A stretch of 35,338 nt of DNA from a virus: IMG/VR virus record IMGVR_UViG_3300045988_173503, positions 1 through 35,338 of that record; one strand, 5' to 3'. Below are positions 5,710-13,878 of the stretch, one piece after another. The translations under genes were made by a program, and so were the position numbers. The first letter of the stretch is position 1; every line of letters begins with the position of its first letter. The notes beneath the pieces were generated by a model. It ran no database searches and was not told the DNA's origin. It was given only the letters and a program-made list of their open reading frames with translations.

Positions 5710-6227
5710 TGGCAAACTTCAACCTCAACAAAGTCATAATCGGCGGACGGCTCGTCGCGGAGCCGGAAGTCAAAAAGACTCCGAACGACACAAGCATACT
5801 GCGCTTCACCCTCGCCGTCAACCGCCGTTATCAGCCGAAGGACAACGACAACGGAGCGCCTACAGCCGACTTCATCAGCTGCACGGCATGGCGGCAGACG
5901 GCGGAATTCATCGCGGGATATTTCCATAAAGGCAGCAGCCTCGCGGTCGTCGGACACATCGAGACGCGCACCTTCGAGGACAAAGACCGGGTAAAGCACT
6001 ACATGACCGACGTCATCGTCGAAGAAGCCTACTTTGTCGACTCGAAAGCCGAAAAGGAAAAGGCGGCAGCCGCACAGCCGACCGGATATATGCCGAGCGC
6101 ATACACAGCGCCGGCGCCACCGACCGGAGCGCCGGTTCAGGCTCCGGCACCGACACTCACGCAGACGCAGAGCTTCGGACCCGCGAATTTCGAGATTCTC
6201 GCGTCCGACGAAGAGCTTCCCTTCTGA
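5709..6227 (+). CDS. ssb: Single-stranded DNA-binding protein
   Basis: OB-fold N-terminus (NKVIIGGRLVAEPEVKKTPNDTSILRFTLAVNR...), a Pro/Ala/Gln-rich linker, and the acidic C-terminal tip SDEELPF typical of bacterial and phage SSBs. Confidence 0.9.
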   Translation: MANFNLNKVIIGGRLVAEPEVKKTPNDTSILRFTLAVNRRYQPKDNDNGAPTADFISCTAWRQTAEFIAGYFHKGSSLAVVGHIETRTFEDKDRVKHYMTDVIVEEAYFVDSKAEKEKAAAAQPTGYMPSAYTAPAPPTGAPVQAPAPTLTQTQSFGPANFEILASDEELPF

Positions 6228-6237
6228 CATTCATTAA

Positions 6238-6708
6238 ATGAAAGGATACCACATGAACGAGAACTACACCACAGCTATCCGCATGATCAATGCGGGTGAG
6301 AAAGAAAAACCGAAAAACAGATACGCACAGGTATTGCAAAGACCTGTAGCCCGCGCACTTGCCTCTTTTATCGAGGACCCTGAGTTCGCGGACGCCGTCG
6401 TCGCGAAGGGCGACACGGGCTTCTCCGAGTGCCTTGAAGCCGTCACGAAAGGTATCGGCACAAGCATTTCGGACATAGAGGTTTACCGCCGCGCCGCGAA
6501 CTTCTACTTCCCCGGATGCGGAGTCCGCTTTAAGATGGAGATCGATCTCACCGCCGGAGCGAACGGGCGGAACGATCTGCTCCCCGGCGGCGAAACAGTC
6601 GCGTGGGTAGACTCCGGACAGCCCGATTTACAGTCGACCGGAAACACCGCCTCCGCGGATGAGAAAGCGAAGAAAATCTCGATCGACCTCGACGATCTCT
6701 TCGACTGA
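6238..6708 (+). CDS. PcfK-like protein (the family that includes AcrIIA9-type proteins), tentative
   Basis: Size, position directly upstream of a PcfJ-like gene, and the pattern ...FIEDPEFADAVVAKGDTGFSECLEAVTKGIGTSISDIEVYRRAANFYFPG recalled from PcfK-like proteins. Alternative start at 6250. Not verified by any search. Confidence 0.4.
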   Translation: MKGYHMNENYTTAIRMINAGEKEKPKNRYAQVLQRPVARALASFIEDPEFADAVVAKGDTGFSECLEAVTKGIGTSISDIEVYRRAANFYFPGCGVRFKMEIDLTAGANGRNDLLPGGETVAWVDSGQPDLQSTGNTASADEKAKKISIDLDDLFD

Positions 6709-6718
6709 GGCGAAAAAA

Positions 6719-8461
6719 ATGGAACTTGAAATACAATCGAACTCGCCGGAGAGCGAGGCGGTCGCGAAGAAATTTCCGGGTCTGTCGGATGGATGCGACT
6801 ATGCTATCAACCGGCTCTTCACGAACTTCGTCTTCGCCGACCGGAAGCGGGACAGCGACGGCAAGCCGATCGGGAAGAAGAGAGAATTTTTCTGCACGAA
6901 CTGTTATTGCGAGTCTGACAGTGTAGAGCGGATCGGGAAGAACTACGACGGGAAAATCGTCGTAAACCCGCACCTGACACACGGTGAGCTCGTCGTGTGC
7001 CCTCACTGCCGGACGGGCGCGGAACTCAAACTCGTCGGGAAATGTGGGAAGATGATCAACCTCGACCAGACACGGCGGGCTCTTATCATCATCCCGACCG
7101 GCGACCCCGATCTCGTCTTCGGCGTCGCTCTGACCGCCCGCAAGTGCTACAGGTTCGACGGATACCGCGAGATGCACATACACAAGCACGTCGAGCACAT
7201 CTACGCGTGGACGCCCGGAAAGGCGTACTGCTGGCGCGAAAGATGGTACATGGAAGGCGGAAACCTCGGTTACTCGTACCGCGAGGCGAGAACCCCGTCC
7301 GGCGTCAAGGGCTCGGAGTACATAGCGCAGGTCATCGGGCTCGAACTGCTGAGACACACATTTCTCAGATACAGCGGGCTGAAGGAGCTTATGAAATCCC
7401 GAAGGGAAAAACTCGCTGACGGTGACTACGCCGTCAGGTGGCTCGCCGAGTACTGCGTCCATCCCGGGATCGAGATGATCGCGAAGCTCGGGTTCCACGA
7501 AATCATCGAAGAGACCCTGTTTATACGCAAGCGCGGCGACGGGCTTATCAACTGGAGCGCGGACAAGCCGTGGAAATTCTTCCGGATGGACAAGCAGGAG
7601 TACAACGAGTTTGTCAAAGGAAAGCCGACGCTCGACCGGCTGAAAACGCGCCGGATGCTCCGGAGCTACTGGTCCGGGTCGACTATCGCTGACGCCGACG
7701 ACGAGCTCCACCGGTTCGGGAGATTCAGCGACGTCAGTTACAAAGACTACGAATTCGCCGCGGCAAAGCTCTCGCCGGTACTCAGCCGGAAGCAGCTGGC
7801 GAACTACATCGACCGGAACGCTCGCGGAGAGGGATCAGACTTCGAATGTGCCACGGCTGCTTACATGGAATGGCGAGCGCTGGATTACCGCCGGAACAAA
7901 ACGCTTATCACGTTCCATGACTACTACGACATGGCGGAGGAACTCGGGCTCGATCTCACCGAACCCCGTGTTCTCATGCCGAAGAATCTGACCGCCGCTC
8001 ACGACTCCGCCGTCGAGCTGAGAAACACCATAAGACGCGAAGAGAAGGAACGGAAAGAACGCGAAGCCGACGAGAAATACCGGGACGAAAGATACGACGA
8101 GCTGAACCGGCGCTACAGCTTCGCGGATGAGCACTACTTCGTCCGACCTCCGGAGAACGCCGCCGAAATTATTAATGAAGGCAAAGCCCTGCACCACTGC
8201 GTCGGAGGCTACGCCGCGAGACACCTCGAGGGGAAAACGACCATACTGTTTATCAGACGGACAGACGCGCCGGACGAGCCGTTCTTCACGGTCGAAATGA
8301 ACATTGACAGCAACTGGGCAAAAATCCGGCAGATTCACGGACTGCACAACCGCGCGCCGGACAAAGAGCTGGACGGTTTCGTCGACATCTGGCTCGACGA
8401 GATCGTCGAACGGCAGACAAAGCGAAAGGAGAAACGCACACATGAGAGCAAGGCTTCCTGA
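6719..8461 (+). CDS. PcfJ-like protein (580 aa)
   Basis: Internal ATG of track ORF 6659..8461. N-terminal Cys clusters (CTNCYC...CPHC). C-terminal motif EGKALHHCVGGYAARHLEGKTTILFIRR characteristic of PcfJ-like domains. Confidence 0.6.
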   Translation: MELEIQSNSPESEAVAKKFPGLSDGCDYAINRLFTNFVFADRKRDSDGKPIGKKREFFCTNCYCESDSVERIGKNYDGKIVVNPHLTHGELVVCPHCRTGAELKLVGKCGKMINLDQTRRALIIIPTGDPDLVFGVALTARKCYRFDGYREMHIHKHVEHIYAWTPGKAYCWRERWYMEGGNLGYSYREARTPSGVKGSEYIAQVIGLELLRHTFLRYSGLKELMKSRREKLADGDYAVRWLAEYCVHPGIEMIAKLGFHEIIEETLFIRKRGDGLINWSADKPWKFFRMDKQEYNEFVKGKPTLDRLKTRRMLRSYWSGSTIADADDELHRFGRFSDVSYKDYEFAAAKLSPVLSRKQLANYIDRNARGEGSDFECATAAYMEWRALDYRRNKTLITFHDYYDMAEELGLDLTEPRVLMPKNLTAAHDSAVELRNTIRREEKERKEREADEKYRDERYDELNRRYSFADEHYFVRPPENAAEIINEGKALHHCVGGYAARHLEGKTTILFIRRTDAPDEPFFTVEMNIDSNWAKIRQIHGLHNRAPDKELDGFVDIWLDEIVERQTKRKEKRTHESKAS

Positions 8462-8804
8462 AGAGCGGGCGACTATCGAGCGCTCGAAAGTCATGACCGC
8501 CGCTATCCGCGAAGAGCTCAAAAAGAAGCTCGCGGACGACACCAGAGAACAGATCAACCAGAACGCCGGGCGGTACGACACGATCCTCGCCTACGCCCTG
8601 AGCGAACGCTTCGGCTTCGGGCGGAAAAGAATCACGGATTTCCTCAAAGAGATCATCGATTGTCACATCTACACGAAAGACCGGTACGGCGAAAAATATC
8701 AGGACACAGCCTACGCCCTGAAGCTCCGGGAAAAAGGAATCGACATGGAAGAAATCGAGAAAGAACTCGACGAGTACGCGAAAGAAAGAGGAATTGAATT
8801 TTGA
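8442..8804 (+). CDS. Hypothetical protein (120 aa)
   Basis: Internal ATG of track ORF 8304..8804, after AAAGGAGAA. It overlaps the PcfJ-like gene end by 20 nt. Confidence 0.5.
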   Translation: MRARLPEERATIERSKVMTAAIREELKKKLADDTREQINQNAGRYDTILAYALSERFGFGRKRITDFLKEIIDCHIYTKDRYGEKYQDTAYALKLREKGIDMEEIEKELDEYAKERGIEF

Positions 8805-9841
8805 TTGATTTAATGGGAAACGAAATCATAGAAACCGAGGCGAAAGAAATCCTCCCGGACGCCGGAAGGGCTCACCTCGTACACGGTGAAATCCTCGCCG
8901 GGAAAAAGCAGGTGGCAATCGGACTCTACGAGTTCGCTGCCGGGCTCAAAACGATGAGAGACGAACGGCTCTATCAGGCGCTCGGGTGCGCCGGATTTGA
9001 CGAGTACTGCGAAAAGCTCGCGAAAGTAAATGTCTCGCAAGCCTACAAGTACATCAAAGTCTACGAAGAACTCGGAGCGGGCGCTTTACAGTCAGCTGGG
9101 GGAATGGGTATCGAGAAACTTTTCCTCGTCACGCAGCTCCCGCCCGCCGAGAGGAGCGACGCCATCGCCGAGCCGGAAACCATCGAGGGCATGAGCGTGA
9201 AGGAACTCAAAGACTTTGTCGCGAAGGCAAGACAGCAGGGCGAACAGCTCTCGCTTATACAGGGTGAACTCGACGAATTGAAACTCGAAAAGCAGGACGC
9301 CGAAGCCGAACGGGACGACGAAAAAGCAAAGCTCGAGAGGGAGCTCGAACATCTCCGCGAAAAGCTCAGAGTGACCGAGGACACGCAGAAAGAGACCATA
9401 AAAGCCGCCATCAACGCCGAAAAGAACAAATACGCCGAAGAAGCCGAGACTCTGGCGCGGCTCAAAATGCAGCTCGAAATCGAAGAAGCCCGGAAAGCCG
9501 GCGAAGCGGACGGCAAAAAGGCGGCGGAAAAGACCATCGACAAAGCGAAACAGGCTCTCGAAAAGGAAAAGAAAGCTCTCGAGGACGAAAAGAAAAAAGC
9601 CGAAGCCGAACTTGACGCGCTGAAAAAGGAAATCGGCGGCAGAGACGAACAGATCGCCGGGCTTGAAAAGAAGCTCCGGACCGCGGACAGCGCGACGGCA
9701 GGATTCAAGGTCTGTCTCGAAGGTCTCGTCGGAGCCTACGACCGATGCCGGACGTATCTTGAAAAAATCGAAGACACGAACGAAAGAACAAAATGTGAAA
9801 CTGCCCTCGGACGGGCTATAGAAAGGCTTGGAACAAGATGA
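8801..9841 (+). CDS. Putative DNA-binding protein with a long Glu/Lys/Ala-rich coiled coil (346 aa)
   Basis: The N-terminal ~100 aa resemble phage HTH-type domains (...YQALGCAGFDEYCEKLAKVNVSQAYKYIKVYEELG). Residues ~150-300 are heptad-rich. TTG start (alternative ATG at 8813). Confidence 0.4.
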   Translation: MIDLMGNEIIETEAKEILPDAGRAHLVHGEILAGKKQVAIGLYEFAAGLKTMRDERLYQALGCAGFDEYCEKLAKVNVSQAYKYIKVYEELGAGALQSAGGMGIEKLFLVTQLPPAERSDAIAEPETIEGMSVKELKDFVAKARQQGEQLSLIQGELDELKLEKQDAEAERDDEKAKLERELEHLREKLRVTEDTQKETIKAAINAEKNKYAEEAETLARLKMQLEIEEARKAGEADGKKAAEKTIDKAKQALEKEKKALEDEKKKAEAELDALKKEIGGRDEQIAGLEKKLRTADSATAGFKVCLEGLVGAYDRCRTYLEKIEDTNERTKCETALGRAIERLGTR

Positions 9842-10377
9842 ATAACAAAGAACAGAAACTCATGCAGGAAGCAATGGATCTGCACTACAACTGCGACGAA
9901 CAGCATGATTGTACACACTGCCTCTTCGGAAAAGGCGGTATACCCTGTAAGGTCAGCGGGATTCCCTCCGAGTGGTTCAAGGATGAACTCATGCCCGAAG
10001 GTGTCGATCATCTTCGTGACGCCGCGGAAACGATATGCACGGCTACGGTTACGCGAACATACAAACCGGTCACTCGCGGGGAAATCCTCGACATGGCGAA
10101 AAAGATCGTCACCGGCGAGCGCGAACAGCAGTATGGAAAGCCCGAAGACAACTTCCGAATTATTGGCGAGCTCTGGAAGATCTATCTCGACAACAAGTAC
10201 GGAACGGTCATCGACATCGCCGCCGAGGACGTGGCGCTTATGATGGCGCTCATGAAGAACGCGAGAATCATGACAGGTATATATAAGGAAGACAGCTACA
10301 TCGACCTCTGCGGGTACGCCGCCTGCGCCGGGGAGATCGCAGCGAAGAATGCGAAGGAGAAGGAAAAAAATGACTGA
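9838..10377 (+). CDS. Phage protein with a Cys-rich N-terminus and a conserved C-terminal domain (DUF6378-like)
   Basis: Motif GEREQQYGKPEDNFRIIGELWKIYL...DVALMMALMKNARI...DSYIDLCGYAACAGEI matches my memory of a widespread phage domain. Unverified. Confidence 0.45.
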   Translation: MNNKEQKLMQEAMDLHYNCDEQHDCTHCLFGKGGIPCKVSGIPSEWFKDELMPEGVDHLRDAAETICTATVTRTYKPVTRGEILDMAKKIVTGEREQQYGKPEDNFRIIGELWKIYLDNKYGTVIDIAAEDVALMMALMKNARIMTGIYKEDSYIDLCGYAACAGEIAAKNAKEKEKND

Positions 10378-10613
10378 TATCAGATATATCGCCTCGGTAC
10401 TGAGCACGGAAGATATTCTTTGCCAGCTCGCCGAGGAGGCAAGCGAACTCGCGCAAGCCGCGCTGAAACTCCGGCGGGCGCGGCGCGATACGCACCGGGT
10501 ATTATCACCATCGGTTCGGGTGGAAGATTCCCGGGGCGTTTGTCGCGGACGACAACGAAATCAGATGGTGGAGACCATATCCGGAACTGCCGGACGGAGA
10601 ATCTATAAATTGA
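10370..10613 (+). pseudogene. Frame-disrupted gene (frame changes by +1 near 10467..10490)
   Basis: The frame starting at ATG 10370 gives a plausible helix (ILCQLAEEASELAQAALKLRRA), then an Arg-rich out-of-frame-looking tail. The +1 frame, open from 10467 to the stop at 10611..10613, gives protein-like sequence (YYHHRFGWKIPGAFVADDNEIRWWRPYPELPDGESIN) but has no ATG, GTG or TTG. Confidence 0.4.
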
Positions 10614-10625
10614 GGAGGAAACACA

Positions 10626-10826
10626 ATGATTAAAGCAGATTTCGCGACCGATGAATCCGGGCGTATCGAGACCGAGCTCGTCGGACACACGGAGGAATTC
10701 GCGCCGGAACTAACCGAGCTGCTCGCGCATATCTACCGGTTCTACGACGAGGAAGAGGCAGAGTTCGAAAAAAACGATGCTCACGATCAGGCTCATGCTC
10801 TTTTTGATGATCGAACAGGAAAATGA
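10626..10826 (+). CDS. Small acidic hypothetical protein (66 aa)
   Basis: GAGGAGGAA RBS. Strongly acidic composition. Confidence 0.55.
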   Translation: MIKADFATDESGRIETELVGHTEEFAPELTELLAHIYRFYDEEEAEFEKNDAHDQAHALFDDRTGK

Positions 10827-10913
10827 CAAGCGGCCGAGAGACAACTCAAAAAAAGAAGAGAGCGAACTCACAAAAAAGGCGCTCGAGGAGCTGCTGAAGC
10901 AGATGGAGACAAC

Positions 10914-11402
10914 ATGATGAAATGGGACGAAGAAAAGCTCCGCACCTACTCGGAAATGCGGAAATCCGGCGCGACGGCGGAAGAGATCAGCGCTGTTCTC
11001 GGATGCGACAGAAGTGCCGTCTACAGAAAGACGAAAGAACTCAACCGCAAAAACAAGGGCGGCGTCACTGCCGGAACAGCCGCAGCCGCGGACACCGCGA
11101 AGCTCGCGGTGGCAAGCACGGATGACACGATCACAGCGACCGAGTCTCCGAAGCCCGAGCCGCTCGTCACCCTGAAACCCGAATACAAAAAGGTGCCCGC
11201 GAACAGCGAACGTATCGGATGCTATGTCAAAGAAGCGCTCGCCGAAGCGGATCACCTCGGAATTCAACCCGACGAGATCAACGTCCGGCTCTGTGAAACG
11301 GACGGCGGAGAAATCAGCCTCTACGGGACGGACAAAAACGGACGACGCGTCATTATAACCTACAACGTCCTCGGAGAGAAGACGCCGGTAATGCTCCGCT
11401 GA
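10914..11402 (+). CDS. HTH-domain protein (162 aa), possible regulator
   Basis: The N-terminus WDEEKLRTYSEMRKSGATAEEISAVLGCDRSAVYRKTKEL looks like a sigma region-4/terminase-small-type HTH. The C-terminal domain is unknown. Confidence 0.45.
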   Translation: MMKWDEEKLRTYSEMRKSGATAEEISAVLGCDRSAVYRKTKELNRKNKGGVTAGTAAAADTAKLAVASTDDTITATESPKPEPLVTLKPEYKKVPANSERIGCYVKEALAEADHLGIQPDEINVRLCETDGGEISLYGTDKNGRRVIITYNVLGEKTPVMLR

Positions 11403-11683
11403 ACAGAATCAGAAAAGAGGAAGATCAAATATGTGGTCTTCCTCTGTGTCACAACTTTTTACCTATTATATAATACAGAACCTTACACCATATAGAGACA
11501 TCGGGGCGCGAGCCCCGAATCAACCTTGTAATGGGTATTAATAACTCCGCACAAGCTGCCCAAAACAGAGAAAACATTTCCCGACACGACATCGCGCACA
11601 CGCGTGTGCGAACCATTTCCAAAACCGACACAGCTCGGCTGATCGAATTAAATCCGTGACCACGAAAGAGAGGTAGATTCAAA
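11403..11683 (+). other. 281-bp non-coding region upstream of rep with structured elements
   Basis: 9-bp hairpin 11416..11445 (terminator-like, T-run at 11456..11460). TATAAT at 11469..11474. GC hairpin TCGGGGC-GCGA-GCCCCGA (11501..11518, GNRA loop). Perfect 16-bp palindrome CGCACACGCGTGTGCG (11595..11610). Confidence 0.6.
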
Positions 11684-12670
11684 ATGATCTTCGTCCGCGA
11701 ACAGCAAATATATACTCGCCGGGTCAGAGGCGAAGAGCAGAAGGAAGTCCACCTCTCCGTCATCACCGAGGGGCAGAAGAAATACTACGGTTCCCACCGG
11801 TCGAGAAAGAAAGTCAAGGTGTCCTCACCAAAACAGAAGGCTCTCAACGACAAGCGGTCGAGAATCTACTTTGAGATGCTCGCGAGCACCAACTTCGGGC
11901 GCGGGGACTATCTCGTGACGAATACATATGGCGACGAACACCTTCCAGGCTCCGCTGACGACGGGGACGACAATGTCAAGCGGTTTCTCCGCCGTCTTTC
12001 CGTGATCTACAAAAAAGCGGGTGTACCCTTCCGGTACATTTTCACAACCTCGTACTCCTCCGGGCGTAACGGCGGGGCTCCCGTCCGTATGCACCATCAC
12101 ATTCTTCTCTCCGGCGGCGTCGACCGCGACACTATCGAGGACGCCTGGAGAGCAAAGTCAGACAAGCCCGGCAGACTCGGAGACAAGCTCGGGTTTGCCA
12201 ACGTAAAAAAATTACAGCCGGACGAGAGCGGGATTTCCGCCGCCCTCGTGTACTTTGTCAAACAAGCAAGAGAGGGTATTCGCCGCCGCTGGCATGCGAG
12301 TATCGGACTCAAAAAGCCCCTCGCCGCTTACCCGAACGACGACTCCTATGATTTCCGTGATCTCAAAACCATCCGCGACCGCGGATCCGACGCTCCCGAC
12401 AGATCATGGTGGGAAAAGCGCTATCCCGGATGGACACTCGCCGGACTCGGAGCCGTGACCATCAGCGAAAGCGAAATCTCCGGAACCTCCGTCCGCGTCA
12501 AGCTAAGACGTCTCGACAACTCGCCGCCGCGAAAAAAAGAGTTATACACAAGAAAGCCAGAGTTATCCACAAGCAAAGCGAGGTTATCAACAAAGCTGTC
12601 AACAGAGTTATCAACAGGTCGCAAGCCTGTCGCAACAAAATCAACATCAAGTCGCAAAAAGAAGGAGTGA
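11684..12670 (+). CDS. HUH-superfamily rolling-circle replication initiator (Rep), 328 aa
   Basis: Three ordered motifs: YLVTNTY (motif I-like), VRMHHHILLSGG (HUH) and ALVYFVKQA (catalytic Tyr, YxxK). AGAGAGG RBS. The C-terminal 45 aa are low-complexity and encoded by the repeat array. Confidence 0.65.
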   Translation: MIFVREQQIYTRRVRGEEQKEVHLSVITEGQKKYYGSHRSRKKVKVSSPKQKALNDKRSRIYFEMLASTNFGRGDYLVTNTYGDEHLPGSADDGDDNVKRFLRRLSVIYKKAGVPFRYIFTTSYSSGRNGGAPVRMHHHILLSGGVDRDTIEDAWRAKSDKPGRLGDKLGFANVKKLQPDESGISAALVYFVKQAREGIRRRWHASIGLKKPLAAYPNDDSYDFRDLKTIRDRGSDAPDRSWWEKRYPGWTLAGLGAVTISESEISGTSVRVKLRRLDNSPPRKKELYTRKPELSTSKARLSTKLSTELSTGRKPVATKSTSSRKKKE

Positions 12671-12688
12671 TCACATGAGTTATCCACA
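12542..12688 (+). repeat. Array of same-orientation DnaA-box-like 9-mers / 21-bp iterons (candidate origin)
   Basis: TTATACACA 12542..12550, TTATCCACA 12563..12571, TTATCAACA 12584..12592, TTATCAACA 12608..12616, TTATCCACA 12680..12688. Two weaker copies (CTGTCAACA 12596..12604, AAATCAACA 12638..12646). The first three are spaced exactly 21 bp apart within the repeated unit RAGTTATNCACAAG. Confidence 0.7.
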
Positions 12689-13103
12689 AGCAGGAGGATT
12701 TCTGCCGACCGAAGACAGCGAACAAGAGGCGCTTTTTGAGTGGGCGGCAATGATGAGCCGGGTGCAGCCGTGTCTCCGACTCCTGCACCACATACCAAAC
12801 GGCGGAAAGAGAGATATCGGCACCGCGCGGGCGCTCCGGAGACGGGGCGTCAAGCCCGGTGTGCCTGATCTCTGTCTGCCGCACCCCGCCGGACGGTTTC
12901 ACGGACTGTACATAGAGCTCAAAAAAGCGCATGGCGGCAGGACAAGCGACTATCAGGATGAATGGATCAAAGCCCTCGAAGGCGAGGGCTACTTTGTCGC
13001 GGTCTGCCACGGGTGGAGAAACGCCGCCGCGAAGATCGAAGAGTACCTGAAGCTCGAGAGCTCGGGCGTAGCCGAGAAAGGAGAAAACGATGAAAACGCG
13101 TGA
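12675..13103 (+). CDS. VRR-NUC domain nuclease
   Basis: Pattern ...HHIPNGGKRD...GVKPGVPDLCLP...GLYIELKKAHGGRTSDYQDEWIKALEGEGYFVAVCHGW matches the PD-(D/E)xK VRR-NUC signature (GxPD ... ELK ... Q). Confidence 0.8.
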   Translation: MSYPQAGGFLPTEDSEQEALFEWAAMMSRVQPCLRLLHHIPNGGKRDIGTARALRRRGVKPGVPDLCLPHPAGRFHGLYIELKKAHGGRTSDYQDEWIKALEGEGYFVAVCHGWRNAAAKIEEYLKLESSGVAEKGENDENA

Positions 13104-13386
13104 TTTCAACTACCTTCCCGCAGTCCGACTCGGGAGGCGCAAGCAGGGGCTGATTTACTACCTCAGCCACAATTACCACAATCTCCCGCCGAAAAAGCGG
13201 AAGATCATCGACGCGTATATAACCTCCATCGCCGGAGAACACGCGAAAGCACTGAAGCGTTACATGACGACCGAGGACTCGGCGGCTATTATCTGCATGG
13301 AGGAATTCATCGGCTCGCCAAACACACTCTACTCGCTCCAGAGGACATACTACGAGCTCTTCCCCATCGGGCGGATTCTCGGCTGA
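13090..13386 (+). CDS. Hypothetical protein (98 aa); possible late-gene regulator by position only
   Basis: AAAGGAGAA RBS. Last gene before a strong terminator and the packaging genes, where late activators often sit. No motif recognised. Confidence 0.3.
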   Translation: MKTRDFNYLPAVRLGRRKQGLIYYLSHNYHNLPPKKRKIIDAYITSIAGEHAKALKRYMTTEDSAAIICMEEFIGSPNTLYSLQRTYYELFPIGRILG

Positions 13387-13393
13387 CACTCAA

Positions 13394-13418
13394 AGCACGC
13401 AAAACGCGTGCTTTTTTT
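13394..13418 (+). terminator. Rho-independent terminator closing the early/replication operon
   Basis: Stem AGCACGC/GCGTGCT (13394..13400 with 13406..13412), loop AAAAC, followed by seven T residues. Confidence 0.8.
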
Positions 13419-13456
13419 GTTGCCCGCGAAAGTTAGTAGTAATGGAGGTATGAACT

Positions 13457-13466
13457 GTGGTATCAT
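13457..13466 (+). promoter_or_regulatory. Extended -10 element (TGgTATCAT) without a recognisable -35; candidate late promoter
   Basis: TATCAT at 13461..13466 with TG two nt upstream. The position 17 nt upstream reads AGTAAT (no -35). It lies between the terminator and the HNH gene. Confidence 0.4.
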
Positions 13467-13485
13467 ATATGCAAGAGGTGCGGAA

Positions 13486-13878
13486 ATGTATAAATCATGT
13501 GTATGGTGCGGCAGGGTTCATCCGGTCGGATATGACTGTCCGCACAAACCGGTGCGAATACGTTGTAACGATGAAACAAGACAAGTGAAATTCCGTGCGT
13601 CAACTGCATGGAGAAAGACCGCGAAACGAATTCTCAGACGCGACAGCTATCTGTGTCAGGCTTGTTTATACGAACTGCCGGGAACGGTGCGGAAATACAA
13701 CTCTATGAATCTGTCGGTACATCATATCACGCCGCTCGAGGAAGATTTCACGCGTCGGCTCGACGACGGAAATCTTATCACGCTCTGCTCTGCCCATCAT
13801 TCGCAGGCGGATCATGATATGATCGACAGAGCAACGCTTTACAGGCTCGTCAGACGCGACGAAGACAGCAGCGGGTGA
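13486..13878 (+). CDS. HNH endonuclease (packaging-associated)
   Basis: Internal ATG of track ORF 13408..13878, after GAGGTG. Cys pairs CVWCG and CQAC. Motif VHHITPLEED...GNLITLCSAHHSQADHD. Sits immediately upstream of the terminase genes. Confidence 0.85.
   Translation: MYKSCVWCGRVHPVGYDCPHKPVRIRCNDETRQVKFRASTAWRKTAKRILRRDSYLCQACLYELPGTVRKYNSMNLSVHHITPLEEDFTRRLDDGNLITLCSAHHSQADHDMIDRATLYRLVRRDEDSSG

Noticed and set aside
10807-10917. 36-aa ORF in the gap between 10826 and 10914
   Set aside because: It has no RBS, its start lies inside the preceding gene, and its composition is unremarkable. The evidence is insufficient.
12538-12690. 21-bp repeat units as a possible CRISPR array
   Set aside because: The units are contiguous without unique spacers, are imperfect, and lie inside coding sequence. 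No cas genes are present. The core is the DnaA box consensus.
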